DNA of 64,000 nt from Nitrospirales bacterium (GTDB lineage: Bacteria > Nitrospirota > Nitrospiria > Nitrospirales > UBA8639): positions 544,001-608,000 of the forward strand of contig OY820905.2 of assembly GCA_963555755.3 (NCBI GenBank), read 5' to 3'. Below are positions 20,540 through 29,427 of the stretch, one piece after another. A program made the position numbers and the translations under genes. The notes under the pieces were generated by a model. It saw nothing but the letters and a program-made list of their open reading frames with translations, was not told where the DNA came from and searched no databases. The stretch's first letter is position 1, and each line of letters begins with the position of its first letter.

Positions 20540-20755
20540 AATATCCAGCCAGTCTTTGGGCCAGGGCAGGGGCGGCCGGTGGGAGAATCCTCGGCGTTTC
20601 TATGAGGCGCTCAACAGAACTGAGACGACCCTCGATCCTAGAGAGAGGCAGCTCCACGACGAAGAGAGGTCAGGCGGTGTCGACCCGCGTATATCAGAGT
20701 GATCCACCGTCGTTGATTGCCACCCCTGCCCTGTGCCAAGGACTGGCTGGATAAA
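20540..20755 (+). ncRNA. Putative bridge/seek RNA of the IS1111-type element
   Basis: ~30-bp closing stem (20542-20576 with 20719-20753); loop segments CGTTTCTA (20595-20602) and CCTAGA (20637-20642) match the target; ATATCAGA (20691-20698) matches the donor junction. Confidence 0.75.
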
Positions 20756-20795
20756 GCCAGAACGGATGCGACATTGAACACTTGATTACCAATAG

Positions 20796-20801
20796 TTGAC
20801 A
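20796..20801 (+). promoter_or_regulatory. -35 box of the IS110 circle-junction promoter
   Basis: TTGACA; in the circle it lies exactly 17 bp from CATTAT (19279-19284). Confidence 0.65.
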
Positions 20802-20934
20802 GGTCAATACATATCAGAAACGGCAGTTGGGCGCAAAAAAGCCGTGTAAGATATTGGTGTGCATGGTGAAATACAAAAAGTCGTAGTCACCTCGGTGGTG
20901 ATAAGACATTTTTGTATTTTATCAGGTGCGCTTA

Positions 20935-21197
20935 GGGTCCGTCACGAAATAACCGGGACAATTGGGAGGCCCAGATTTGTGATCGGGGCAAGGCGCGACG
21001 AGGGAGCAGAGCGGGGCTCTGTGACCGAGGAGCAACGCCGCCCCGGGCCAAAGATGGGCCTCCCCGGAGGGCCGGACGCTTTTGGGCTCCGCCGGCGTCG
21101 CTCATCGCTTCCATACTCCCGGTATGCGCGCTCTTCGCTCCTTGGCTCGCTCCAAAATCGTCTCGGCCAATTGTCTCGGTTATTTCGTGACGGACCC
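20935..21197. mobile_element. MITE family C
   Basis: 31-bp TIR GGGTCCGTCACGAAATAACCG[G/A]GACAATTGG (1 mismatch); flanks TTA / TGA. Confidence 0.85.
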
Positions 21198-21246
21198 TGA
21201 GAGCTTGCGCGGACTTTTGTGATCCAATTGCTGTTTCTAGGTTCAA

Positions 21247-21396
21247 GGCAAGTCCAATCCCGAGATCGGTCAGATCCTCGGCACCAGCCCGTTGACCATC
21301 CAAAAACAGTTCGGCAGCATTTACCAAAAACTCGGTGTCGAAAATCGTGCGGCGGCAGTCGCCACGGCGCTAGAGATCATGCGGCTGGCAAGCTAA
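21247..21396 (+). pseudogene. GAF/PAS-LuxR regulator, fragment 3 of 3 (HTH C-terminus)
   Basis: GKSNPEIGQILGTSPLTIQKQFGSIYQKLGVENRAAA...*; in frame with fragment 2 after removing the insertion. Confidence 0.88.
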
Positions 21397-21552
21397 ATGA
21401 GGATGTCACTCAAAAGAATGGCCTGGATCCCCGCTTACTACCGCGGGGATGACGGTGCTATTTTCGGAGGGCAGACCGTACCTTTGCAGTTAGTACTGGC
21501 TCGACGGCCTTAAAGACTGTCGAGAAAAATTACAACTTCGCCAATCCTCGTC

Positions 21553-21642
21553 GCGTCATTCCCGCAGGTAGTGAGCGGGAATCCAGGTTGATGTTTTTCC
21601 CTTCCTGGATGGATCCTCAATAACGACCGTCGGGAATGACGC
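21553..21642. repeat. GTCATTCCCG-type palindromic repeat between convergent genes
   Basis: GCGTCATTCCCGCAGG...GCGGGAATCCAG...CGGGAATGACGC; partial copy near 22400. Confidence 0.6.
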
Positions 21643-21654
21643 GGTGGCAGGTGC

Positions 21655-22059
21655 TTACCCCTTGGCCAGCTTTAACTCCGGAATGACTTTTGCTATGCCA
21701 ACGAAATCGCGGTCGTTATGGACAAGGCGCAGTTCGTGTTCTATGGCGATTTGGGCAATGAGGCAATCACCGGTATTGCGTATGGTGACCCCTTTCTTAC
21801 GACAACGGAAATACAGTTCAGCTGCATGTCGGTAGCTTGTGACAGGATCGCGTGGATGATAAAACCGCTGTGTTCCCAGGTAGGTTTCTAACATGGAAAA
21901 ATCTTTCAAAGAGTCCGCTCCTTGAAGGACTTCTTGATAGACGGTCGCTGTAATGCCAAAGGGAAGTTCATGGCCAAGGATGGCTTCTAACTGCGCCACA
22001 GCTTTATTCCGGCGGGAGCGAAAAAAATCAATCCAAACCGATGTATCCACCAGGTACAC
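21655..22059 (-). CDS. vapC: PIN-domain VapC toxin
   Basis: YLVDTSVWIDF, EVLQG, DCLIAQIA, HNDRDF. Confidence 0.92.
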   Translation of the reverse strand: MYLVDTSVWIDFFRSRRNKAVAQLEAILGHELPFGITATVYQEVLQGADSLKDFSMLETYLGTQRFYHPRDPVTSYRHAAELYFRCRKKGVTIRNTGDCLIAQIAIEHELRLVHNDRDFVGIAKVIPELKLAKG

Positions 22060-22061
22060 GA

Positions 22062-22265
22062 TTACGATTCCCCACTCCGCAGTTTCTTATAATCGTAGTT
22101 GGATCGGATACGGACTTTCCCACGAATCTCCCTGACATCCCGCCGCCGGTGGTGTTCCACCAACTCCCGTAAGGCTCGGTCGACTAACTCTCGTTTGGTT
22201 TTGACGCGAACATACTTGAAGGCTTCTTCCACTAATTGGTCATCAAGAACAATGTTTGTGCGCAT
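22062..22265 (-). CDS. vapB: VapB antitoxin (RHH type)
   Basis: MRTNIVLDDQLVEEA...TKRELVDRALRE; RBS GGAGG. Confidence 0.9.
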   Translation of the reverse strand: MRTNIVLDDQLVEEAFKYVRVKTKRELVDRALRELVEHHRRRDVREIRGKVRIRSNYDYKKLRSGES

Positions 22266-22541
22266 GGATACACCTCCTAAGGTGTAGGATAATACACTTT
22301 GAATCTCCGTTGATCAAACGCGCATACGTGAAGTGCTCTCCAATAGAGGTTCTTCCTACATTACCAGGGGTAGAAATTATGACTGATCGTCACCCCGGCG
22401 CGTCATTCCCGCCGGTTGTAAGCGGGGATCCAGGTTTCTCCTTTCTCCTTTACTTTTGCTGTATTTCCTCTTTTACATTAAAGAAAGGACAGAATCCCCC
22501 AACATAAGTTTTGACTCTTTTTCTTTACCCTTCTAGTTTGC

Positions 22542-22925
22542 ATGTGGCCCTTTTCTCTGGCACTATTCATCGCTATGGATCGACAACCTACCGAGCTCCA
22601 ACCTTTTAAAGTCTCTTATCATGGTATTTCGCAACTCGACGAACTCCGACAGCAGCTTTCTACTTCCCTGCGCCCCTACTCCTGTCAAGTCTATCTCTTT
22701 GGATCTTGGGCCACTGGAACTGCCCACCCTAGTTCAGACGTTGATATTGCCATTTTACCTGAAGCCCCTTTTCCGATAGGTCTTTTGAGTCAAATCAGGT
22801 TTGAGCTTGAGGAAAGTTCACTTCTTCTCACAGTGGATGTAATAGATCTCAGTCAGGTAACACCTACATTCCGACAACGGGTTCTGAAAGAAGGCGAATT
22901 ATGGATCGACTCGACGAACGACTGA
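22542..22925 (+). CDS. Minimal nucleotidyltransferase (MNT) antitoxin
   Basis: YLFGSWA.G...SDVDIAI...VDVIDL. Confidence 0.88.
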   Translation: MWPFSLALFIAMDRQPTELQPFKVSYHGISQLDELRQQLSTSLRPYSCQVYLFGSWATGTAHPSSDVDIAILPEAPFPIGLLSQIRFELEESSLLLTVDVIDLSQVTPTFRQRVLKEGELWIDSTND

Positions 22926-23287
22926 AGGTTGCCCTTCAAGCTTTAACAACATTGGAAGAACTTGTAGGGAAATCTCCTGTTTCGAAAATCGAACGCGATG
23001 CGGCCATTCAACGATTTGAATATACCAGTGAGGCTGTATGGAAAGCTGGTCAGGCCTTTTTGCGGGAATATGAAGGATTAGATCGGGGATCTCCAAAGGG
23101 AGTGATCCGTGCATTTCTCCAAGTGGGCAAATTCGAGGAAGCTGATGCCCAACTTGCTATGGACATGATCGATGATCGTAACTTAGCCGTTCATACCTAC
23201 AATGAAGCATTAGCCGATGCCATGTATCAACGGCTAGAGCGCTATGCTCAATTGATGAGGAAGTGGATAGGCGCGATGAAAATCTAA
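22901..23287 (+). CDS. HEPN toxin (HI0074-type nucleotidyltransferase substrate-binding subunit)
   Basis: RDAAIQRFEYT.E..WK, SPK.VIR, RNLAVHTY (Rx4H). Confidence 0.88.
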   Translation: MDRLDERLKVALQALTTLEELVGKSPVSKIERDAAIQRFEYTSEAVWKAGQAFLREYEGLDRGSPKGVIRAFLQVGKFEEADAQLAMDMIDDRNLAVHTYNEALADAMYQRLERYAQLMRKWIGAMKI

Positions 23288-23344
23288 ACCCCCTCTGCTG
23301 ATTCGCTGTTTATTGTTTTTGCCTTTTTCTCAACACGGCTACTT

Positions 23345-24358
23345 CTATCCCTGAACCGCCTCAATTATCACGCCATCCCAATCGCCGGTTCCTTTTTTCA
23401 TTTGAAGACATCGGGTTTTCTTGAGGCCAGAGGCTTTGAGCCATTCTTGAACCTCTTTAGCGTGATACGTATTTCCTGTGGGTGTGTAGAGCAGCATGGT
23501 AACGGCAAAGAGATTGGTTTCTTCGGCATCAAACCCTGGTGTGTCCATGAGAAAGGTGTCTTGGATTAAAATTCGTCCTCCAGGATTTAATGCGCGTTTT
23601 AATTTTCGAAATAAGGTTTTGTTTGCGGCTGGGGAAAAAATATGAAGCACGTTGGAAACCCACATCACATCAAATGTTCCGGGAACGGGATTTTTGAGTA
23701 AATCCCCTGTGTAATATGAGAGCCGTTTGCCGTGTCGGAGAGGTTTGGCAATGATTTGCGCCACTTCGAGTGCCGGCTCTCGATCCCAAATGCCCGCTTG
23801 CAGCTTTGGATTTTTAGCTAAAAACTCGAGAGCGTAGGTTCCGGGCCCACCACCCACATCCAGCAATGAATTGACTTTTTTCAGATTCAGTTGTGCAGCA
23901 ACTTGCTTAGCGGATTGAAGAGACCGTTGATGCATGGCCCAGGTAAATGAACGCCGATAGTCCGAATCATCCGGTCCATCATTTTCAATAGGCTTTCCAG
24001 TGCGAACGGAATTGGTGAGACCGCCCCAATTGTCCCATTGATGGTGCAACAGATCGAGATACGCACCTTGATAGTGTGGGCTCTTCCGATTCAGTAGCGT
24101 CTGGCCGAGTTTACCAACACCAAAAGAGATCCCACGTTTCTTAAGTAAACCGGCTGTCTCTAAATTACGGACCAAAATCTCGACTCCCCGTTCATTGGCT
24201 TTCAACGTTTTTGCCAAGCCTTTGAGCGTCCACCAGCGAGAACCCATTCGAGTAAAAATATCCATATCCAACGCAGTAGCCAAAATACGCGGTAACCGAA
24301 ACGCATAGACAGCGTTTCGAAAGTCATCAATAGTTTTGATGGGTATTGTGTTAGTCAT
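23345..24358 (-). CDS. SAM-dependent O-methyltransferase (dimerisation + Methyltransf_2)
   Basis: LLDVGGGPG, GDL, SNVLH, L.PGGR..I.D. Confidence 0.85.
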   Translation of the reverse strand: MTNTIPIKTIDDFRNAVYAFRLPRILATALDMDIFTRMGSRWWTLKGLAKTLKANERGVEILVRNLETAGLLKKRGISFGVGKLGQTLLNRKSPHYQGAYLDLLHHQWDNWGGLTNSVRTGKPIENDGPDDSDYRRSFTWAMHQRSLQSAKQVAAQLNLKKVNSLLDVGGGPGTYALEFLAKNPKLQAGIWDREPALEVAQIIAKPLRHGKRLSYYTGDLLKNPVPGTFDVMWVSNVLHIFSPAANKTLFRKLKRALNPGGRILIQDTFLMDTPGFDAEETNLFAVTMLLYTPTGNTYHAKEVQEWLKASGLKKTRCLQMKKGTGDWDGVIIEAVQG

Positions 24359-24441
24359 GTATTTGATTCCTTTTAGGGGTTCTCAAAGTAATCGACACTC
24401 ATCTCTCAATCGAAAATTCAAGAGATTCATTTCTTCTTTTT

Positions 24442-24512
24442 TGTCATTTCGACCACAGGGAAAATCTGTATTTCTCCTAGCCTCAGATTTCTCACGAAGG
24501 TTCGAAATGACA
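24442..24512. repeat. GTCATTTCGA-type palindromic repeat
   Basis: TGTCATTTCGACC...AAATCT...AGATTTCTC...TTCGAAATGACA; second copy near 59607-59723. Confidence 0.6.
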
Positions 24513-24523
24513 AAATGGAATAG

Positions 24524-24964
24524 CTAACTCACCGTAAACTGCTTTTGGTATTGATTGATCAATGCATCGAGTGCTGGAAGGTTATCTAAATCGACGTGCC
24601 TTTCAAAAAATATGGCAACGTATTCATCGGTCATTTCGGTCCGTTCGGTGAACCCGTCTTGCTTAAGACGGCCACGATATTTGGACACGACTTGTTGAAT
24701 ATAAAACTTTGCCTGTTTGGCTAGCTCGTCACTACCGAGATCTTCGGGGGTGCCATCGGACAAGAGACTTTCCATATCCTCCAGAGAGTACCCTGCTTGG
24801 CAAATAAGCATTCCTTGTGGCGTGATCTCCAGTTGCCAATCTTCATCGTCTAATTCCAAGGTGAGCGCCCCTCTCTCTTCATACTGCACAAACGTCGGAT
24901 AGGTTTTTTTTAGATAAGCCTGGGCGTGATCCCACAGGTCTGATGTCTGAGATAATTCACTCAT
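24524..24964 (-). CDS. Acidic hypothetical protein
   Basis: 146-aa ORF overlapping the TPR gene end. Confidence 0.6.
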   Translation of the reverse strand: MSELSQTSDLWDHAQAYLKKTYPTFVQYEERGALTLELDDEDWQLEITPQGMLICQAGYSLEDMESLLSDGTPEDLGSDELAKQAKFYIQQVVSKYRGRLKQDGFTERTEMTDEYVAIFFERHVDLDNLPALDALINQYQKQFTVS

Positions 24965-25766
24965 CGTGTGCTTTTTTCCTCCATGGTTGATCTAATCGCT
25001 TCCGAATCATGGCAAGGCGTTGGGTATTTTCTTCGAGTTTGGGCAAGCCATACTTTCGATCAACACGAATCACCCGGTGCAGAAACCGAGCTGCGGGTTC
25101 ATCCTGGCCCAAGGCTTCATGGCATCCCGCTAGCACATACCAGGCTCCACCCATTCGAAGTTCATCCCGCAATCGTTGCGCAATAGCCAAGCTCGTTTGA
25201 GCACAAGCAATGGCATCATCGTGACGATCCCACGCCAAGTACATTCTGGCCATCATTTTAAACACATCGGTCTGACCCGCATGATTGTCCACTCGCTTCA
25301 TCAAGGTAATGGACTGCGAATAATAGTCCATGGCTGACTCAAACTGTCGCGTTTCCTTGGCCACTAAACCCAAATCAGAGAGCAAGACGGCCTTAGCCGC
25401 ATCGTCCTTAAACAGGTCCATCATGTCCAAAGCCTCTAAATAGTAGGCACGACCACGGTCCCATTCCCCAGCATCGACATGGACGTTCCCTAAGTTGGTC
25501 AATGTCGAACTAATGCCGCGATCATCGCCTAGCAGTTTTTGGAGTTCCAAGACCTCGTGATAATAGGCATTTGCTTGCTCGCGTTTGCCGCTCACCGCAC
25601 AAATATTCCCTAAGTTGCCCAAGGTGGCCACCAAAGCTCGTTGATCTCCGCTCATCCGATCCGCCTCTAAGGCCTTGGCATAGCACTGATAGGCCTCCGT
25701 GTAAAAACCACGAGAAAAATGTGCATTGCCTTGATGATTCAGTTGAACCGAATGAGATGGTCGCAT
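24957..25766 (-). CDS. Tetratricopeptide repeat protein
   Basis: Repeated L.NLG......G....A..YY..AL helices. Confidence 0.85.
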   Translation of the reverse strand: MRPSHSVQLNHQGNAHFSRGFYTEAYQCYAKALEADRMSGDQRALVATLGNLGNICAVSGKREQANAYYHEVLELQKLLGDDRGISSTLTNLGNVHVDAGEWDRGRAYYLEALDMMDLFKDDAAKAVLLSDLGLVAKETRQFESAMDYYSQSITLMKRVDNHAGQTDVFKMMARMYLAWDRHDDAIACAQTSLAIAQRLRDELRMGGAWYVLAGCHEALGQDEPAARFLHRVIRVDRKYGLPKLEENTQRLAMIRKRLDQPWRKKAHDE

Positions 25767-25823
25767 GTGCGTGAAAGGGAATTGTGAATGAACAAACGAA
25801 AAGAGTCTAGCAGATTATTTTAA

Positions 25824-25967
25824 GGGTTCGCGCATGAATAACCTTCCCTGTTTGTGCGTCGATCCATCCCGTCTGGCGGCGTTGCTCGTCCTTTCCATCG
25901 AGGAGTATGCGCAGTCCTCGCGCCTTGCCACACGGGTGTCTCACCCCCCAAACAGGGAAGGTTATTC
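25824..25967. mobile_element. MITE family B, truncated copy
   Basis: Homologous to 35659-35815 and 52366-52521; outer part of right TIR missing. Confidence 0.75.
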
Positions 25968-26555
25968 TAAGGCTTTTTCGACAATGGGTTTTGCGCCGGT
26001 CAAAATGGAAGCGCCATCACCCACAAGCAAGGAATCAAAATTATATTTCAGCAGTCGCCGTAAACCCTCGCGAGCCTTGTCAAGATCGGCATATTTTTCA
26101 GCAGGCAGCATGCACACCGAACCTGCAGGTTTTCCAAGGATAGCATCCCCCACAATCAGCACGCCCTTGCCTTGCTGAATAAACAGAGCCGATTCCCCTT
26201 TGGATTTTTGGTCTGACAACTGAATCACCCAAATGCCACCGGGTAGCAGCTCTTGATCTCGATACACTTCGTCAGGCGTGACACTCATTTCAGGGGCATC
26301 AATTTCAGGGACATAGAGACGACACTGAAATTCTTTCTGATAGGTGGCAGTTTCTCGCACATGGTCTCGATTGGTCAGAAGGATATAATCCAACTGCCCA
26401 CTATGACGTATATGGGCGATCTCGGAAGACGTCATCGGTGGAGGATCCACCAGAATGCGATGCTCCCCGACATGAAGGAAATGCCCGTTAAAATCAATTT
26501 GTTTTTCTTCAGAAAACCACGACCATTCCGAAATGCCTGGCAAGAGCGCCTTCAT
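25962..26555 (-). CDS. MBL-fold hydrolase-like protein
   Basis: ILVDPP, LLTNRDHVR, GE.AL, LIVGDA, LLVGDG. Confidence 0.7.
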   Translation of the reverse strand: MKALLPGISEWSWFSEEKQIDFNGHFLHVGEHRILVDPPPMTSSEIAHIRHSGQLDYILLTNRDHVRETATYQKEFQCRLYVPEIDAPEMSVTPDEVYRDQELLPGGIWVIQLSDQKSKGESALFIQQGKGVLIVGDAILGKPAGSVCMLPAEKYADLDKAREGLRRLLKYNFDSLLVGDGASILTGAKPIVEKALE

Positions 26556-26791
26556 AGTGCCGAGATTTCCGCTTTCAGCATCGTGGTGACATTGGCCAAA
26601 ATATTGTCTTCAGTTGGTATATCGAGCATATCGTCTTCCGGGACCATAATAAACTTGCGATTGCCATCTTTGGTGAGTGAAATAAGAAACTGGCTATTGG
26701 ACGGAACCGTGGGAATTACAACCTCAACCGCAGAATCGATGCTCGTGATGACTTCAAGAAACTTTTGTTTACCAGCCTCTAATTCATCCAT
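26552..26791 (-). CDS. Small hypothetical protein
   Basis: 79-aa ORF with ATGA overlap to the next gene. Confidence 0.6.
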   Translation of the reverse strand: MDELEAGKQKFLEVITSIDSAVEVVIPTVPSNSQFLISLTKDGNRKFIMVPEDDMLDIPTEDNILANVTTMLKAEISAL

Positions 26792-26825
26792 TCGAAAAAA
26801 TGAATCCTTTCACGTTCACCACACA

Positions 26826-27383
26826 TTATAAGCTTGACGATCCCGATGAAGCGCCATCAGCGAGTAAGCCATTCACCACTTCAAGAATAGCTGTGTCATT
26901 GGCTAAATTCATATTGCCCACGCGTTGCCAACGAATCACGCCTTGTTGGTCCAACACATACACATTGGGAATAAAGCGCCCACCGCCATACAGGCGATCG
27001 GTCACTTGGTCAGGATCAGTGAGATATGGATAGGTCACCTTCACTGAAAACATTCCGAGGAACTCCAATACATCGGCTTTGGAGTCTCCCGATGAATTCA
27101 CACCTACGACAGCCACGTTTTTCCCCTGAGTCGCTTCATGCACTTTTTGCAAATTCGTACTTTGGATGAGACAGGGTTCGCAAATATGAAAGAGCCCGAG
27201 TACGATGACTTTGCCCTTCAGGTCATTCAAGGAGACTTGTTGCCCTGTCACGGAGGTGAGGGAAAACAAGGGTGCCGCCTCCCCGACTTTAAAAAACCCT
27301 TTGGCCCATCCTGTGGTGGCCATTGCCATAAGAACTATGAGAAACCCGATTACCACATGTTTGCGTTTCATAATGTCCTCCAC
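26826..27383 (-). CDS. Exported TlpA/AhpC-TSA thioredoxin-like protein
   Basis: Signal peptide; G..AP.FSL, CEPC, IP..YVLD..G.IR. Confidence 0.85.
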   Translation of the reverse strand: MEDIMKRKHVVIGFLIVLMAMATTGWAKGFFKVGEAAPLFSLTSVTGQQVSLNDLKGKVIVLGLFHICEPCLIQSTNLQKVHEATQGKNVAVVGVNSSGDSKADVLEFLGMFSVKVTYPYLTDPDQVTDRLYGGGRFIPNVYVLDQQGVIRWQRVGNMNLANDTAILEVVNGLLADGASSGSSSL

Positions 27384-27726
27384 CTGGTTTAGATCAGTTG
27401 AAGAGAACTCCCATCTACCTAAAGAGATCTTACCACACGATTTTCCGGGGGAGCAATTACACAGATGCCAATAGTTGGTGAGGATGGAGAAGGCGACAAC
27501 TCAAATACACCTGTGTTCTTTTTTCCGGAGGAACGATGGTGTGCATAGGCATGGCTATCCTTGAGCATGAACAGACCACCTACCTCACCAAGGATTCCCT
27601 CATGATGTGGAGGAGGTGTTGCTGAAGCCGGTGTCTTCCTCGTTTGAATTGACGTGAGCTCGTGTGATGGTAGCTGGACTTGAGGTGAAAACCAGAACTT
27701 TACGCAACAAAAAATTTTGGTAATCG

Positions 27727-29208
27727 CTAGCGGGTAGACGTGTTCCCGTCGAACAGTCCAAGCTGGAGTTCTTCGGCTTTGGTGAAGGGAATGGGGTATT
27801 TGTCGGTGAAGCAGGCGTGGCAGTAATGATCGTTGCGGCCTGGGACGGCATTGAGCATGCCCTCCAAACTCAAGTAGGCCAGACTGTCGGCAGTGATGTA
27901 TTTACGGATTTCCTCGACCGTATGGCTGAAGCCAATCAGTTCTTTTTGGGTGGGCGTGTCAATCCCATAAAAACACGGCGCAATGGTAGGTGGTGAACTA
28001 ATGCGCATATGTACTTCCTTTGCCCCGGCATTCCGCAACATTTTAACGATTTTTCGACTGGTCGTTCCCCGTACGATCGAGTCGTCAACCACAACCACCC
28101 GCTTCCCCTCCAACACATCTGGCACCGCATTCAGTTTCAGTTTGACGCCAAAGTGGCGAATCGATTGCTCAGGCTCAATAAATGTACGCCCGACGTAGTG
28201 GTTACGGGTCAACCCAATTTCAAAGGGAATCCCCGACCCTTCAGCAAAGCCCAAGGCTGCTGGCACGCCAGAGTCTGGCACGGGAATCACCATATCAGCC
28301 TGTATGTAAGCTTCCTTTGATAACTGCCGCCCCAAGGCTTTCCGCACGGGATACACCGCAGAATTGCCAAAAATTTTCGAATCGGGCCTCGAAAAATATA
28401 CATATTCGAACACACATTTGGCTGGGGTTTCAGGCATAAGAAAGGGGTGATGGGAGGTGAGCCCCTTGTCATTCACCACGATTATCTCGCCGGGTTCGAC
28501 TTCGCGGATAAACTCTGCGCCAATCAGATCAAACGCACAGGTTTCCGAGGCCACAGTCCAGGCACCTTTATAGCGACCCAAGCACAATGGGCGAAAGCCA
28601 TACGGATCTCGCACAGCAATCAATTCATTGTCGGTCAATAAGGTTAGCGAAAACGCGCCTCGGACAAGACTTAACGCCTCTACCAATCGGCTGAGGAAGG
28701 TGTCGCCTTTTGAATGTGCGATGAGATGGACAATGACTTCACTGTCCGAGTCTGATTGAAATATTGACCCGTAGGCTTCAAGTTCGCTGCGGAGCATTTC
28801 GGCATTGGTAAGATTCCCATTATGGGCCAGCGCTAAATTGCCAAATGCAAAATTGACCGTGATCGGTTGCACATTGCGAAGGTGGCTATGCCCTGCGGTT
28901 GAGTAGCGGTTGTGCCCAATGGCCTTATTCCCACGCAGACGGCGGATTTCTTTTTTGGTGAAAATATCGGCCACCAGGCCCATGCCTTTTTCTACATTAA
29001 AATTGTCTCCTTCCGAAGACACAATACCGGAACTTTCCTGGCCCCGATGTTGAAGCGCATACAACCCCAGGTAGGTGAGATTTGCGGCTTCCTTATGCCC
29101 GAAAATTCCGAAGACTGCACATTCATCATGGAACTTATCCGGCATGATGAGCTCCGAAGAATCTGTTTCACACGAAAAAGGATTGGTGGAGTGAGAAGGA
29201 TTTTTCAT
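27727..29208 (-). CDS. purF: Amidophosphoribosyltransferase
   Basis: ECAVFG, LQHRGQE, GHNRYST, HNGN, VPDSG, VDDSIVRGTT; true start may be ATG 29145. Confidence 0.97.
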   Translation of the reverse strand: MKNPSHSTNPFSCETDSSELIMPDKFHDECAVFGIFGHKEAANLTYLGLYALQHRGQESSGIVSSEGDNFNVEKGMGLVADIFTKKEIRRLRGNKAIGHNRYSTAGHSHLRNVQPITVNFAFGNLALAHNGNLTNAEMLRSELEAYGSIFQSDSDSEVIVHLIAHSKGDTFLSRLVEALSLVRGAFSLTLLTDNELIAVRDPYGFRPLCLGRYKGAWTVASETCAFDLIGAEFIREVEPGEIIVVNDKGLTSHHPFLMPETPAKCVFEYVYFSRPDSKIFGNSAVYPVRKALGRQLSKEAYIQADMVIPVPDSGVPAALGFAEGSGIPFEIGLTRNHYVGRTFIEPEQSIRHFGVKLKLNAVPDVLEGKRVVVVDDSIVRGTTSRKIVKMLRNAGAKEVHMRISSPPTIAPCFYGIDTPTQKELIGFSHTVEEIRKYITADSLAYLSLEGMLNAVPGRNDHYCHACFTDKYPIPFTKAEELQLGLFDGNTSTR

Positions 29209-29427
29209 GAAAAATAAAGTTGTTACTCGGGTTATTAAGATTCAGAGTTCACGGTTCCGGGTTGCTACCTTTGCGGGCCACATGAACCATTTGCCACTCA
29301 ACAATGCCATTTAATACAGCAATTTTCATCTTTTTCTATTTCAAAACCGTGAACCGCGAACCCCATGAACCCTAAACCTGAGTTGTTATTACAGAAATTC
29401 AAGTTCGACTTTAAGTTAACTTTAGGT

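Larger units (their letters stand above)
19279..20818 (+). mobile_element. IS110-family (IS1111-type) element
   Basis: 14-bp subterminal IR TATGTATTGACCTG (19282-19295) / CAGGTCAATACATA (20800-20813); AGA at both junctions; long 3' non-coding region. Confidence 0.9.
19273..21241. mobile_element. ~160-bp IS1380-like MITE expanded by nested IS110 and MITE C insertions
   Basis: Reconstituted left end CCTAGA|AACGGCAGTTGG vs right end CCAATTGCTGTTTCTAGG; TTCAA TSD at 19268-19272 and 21242-21246. Confidence 0.85.

Noticed and set aside
20675..20681. GGTGTC as left donor guide of the bridge RNA
   Set aside because: Only 4 exact matches to the donor and it lies within a predicted hairpin
3165..21396. 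Developmentally programmed excision restoring the LuxR gene (skin/nifD-like)
   Set aside because: No serine or tyrosine recombinase seen; junctions are TIR plus TSD, typical of DDE transposition
20859..21452. ORFs across MITE C, and similar ORFs at 546-743, 25834-26178, 40257-40723, 52274-52657
   Set aside because: Translations of palindromic MITE sequence
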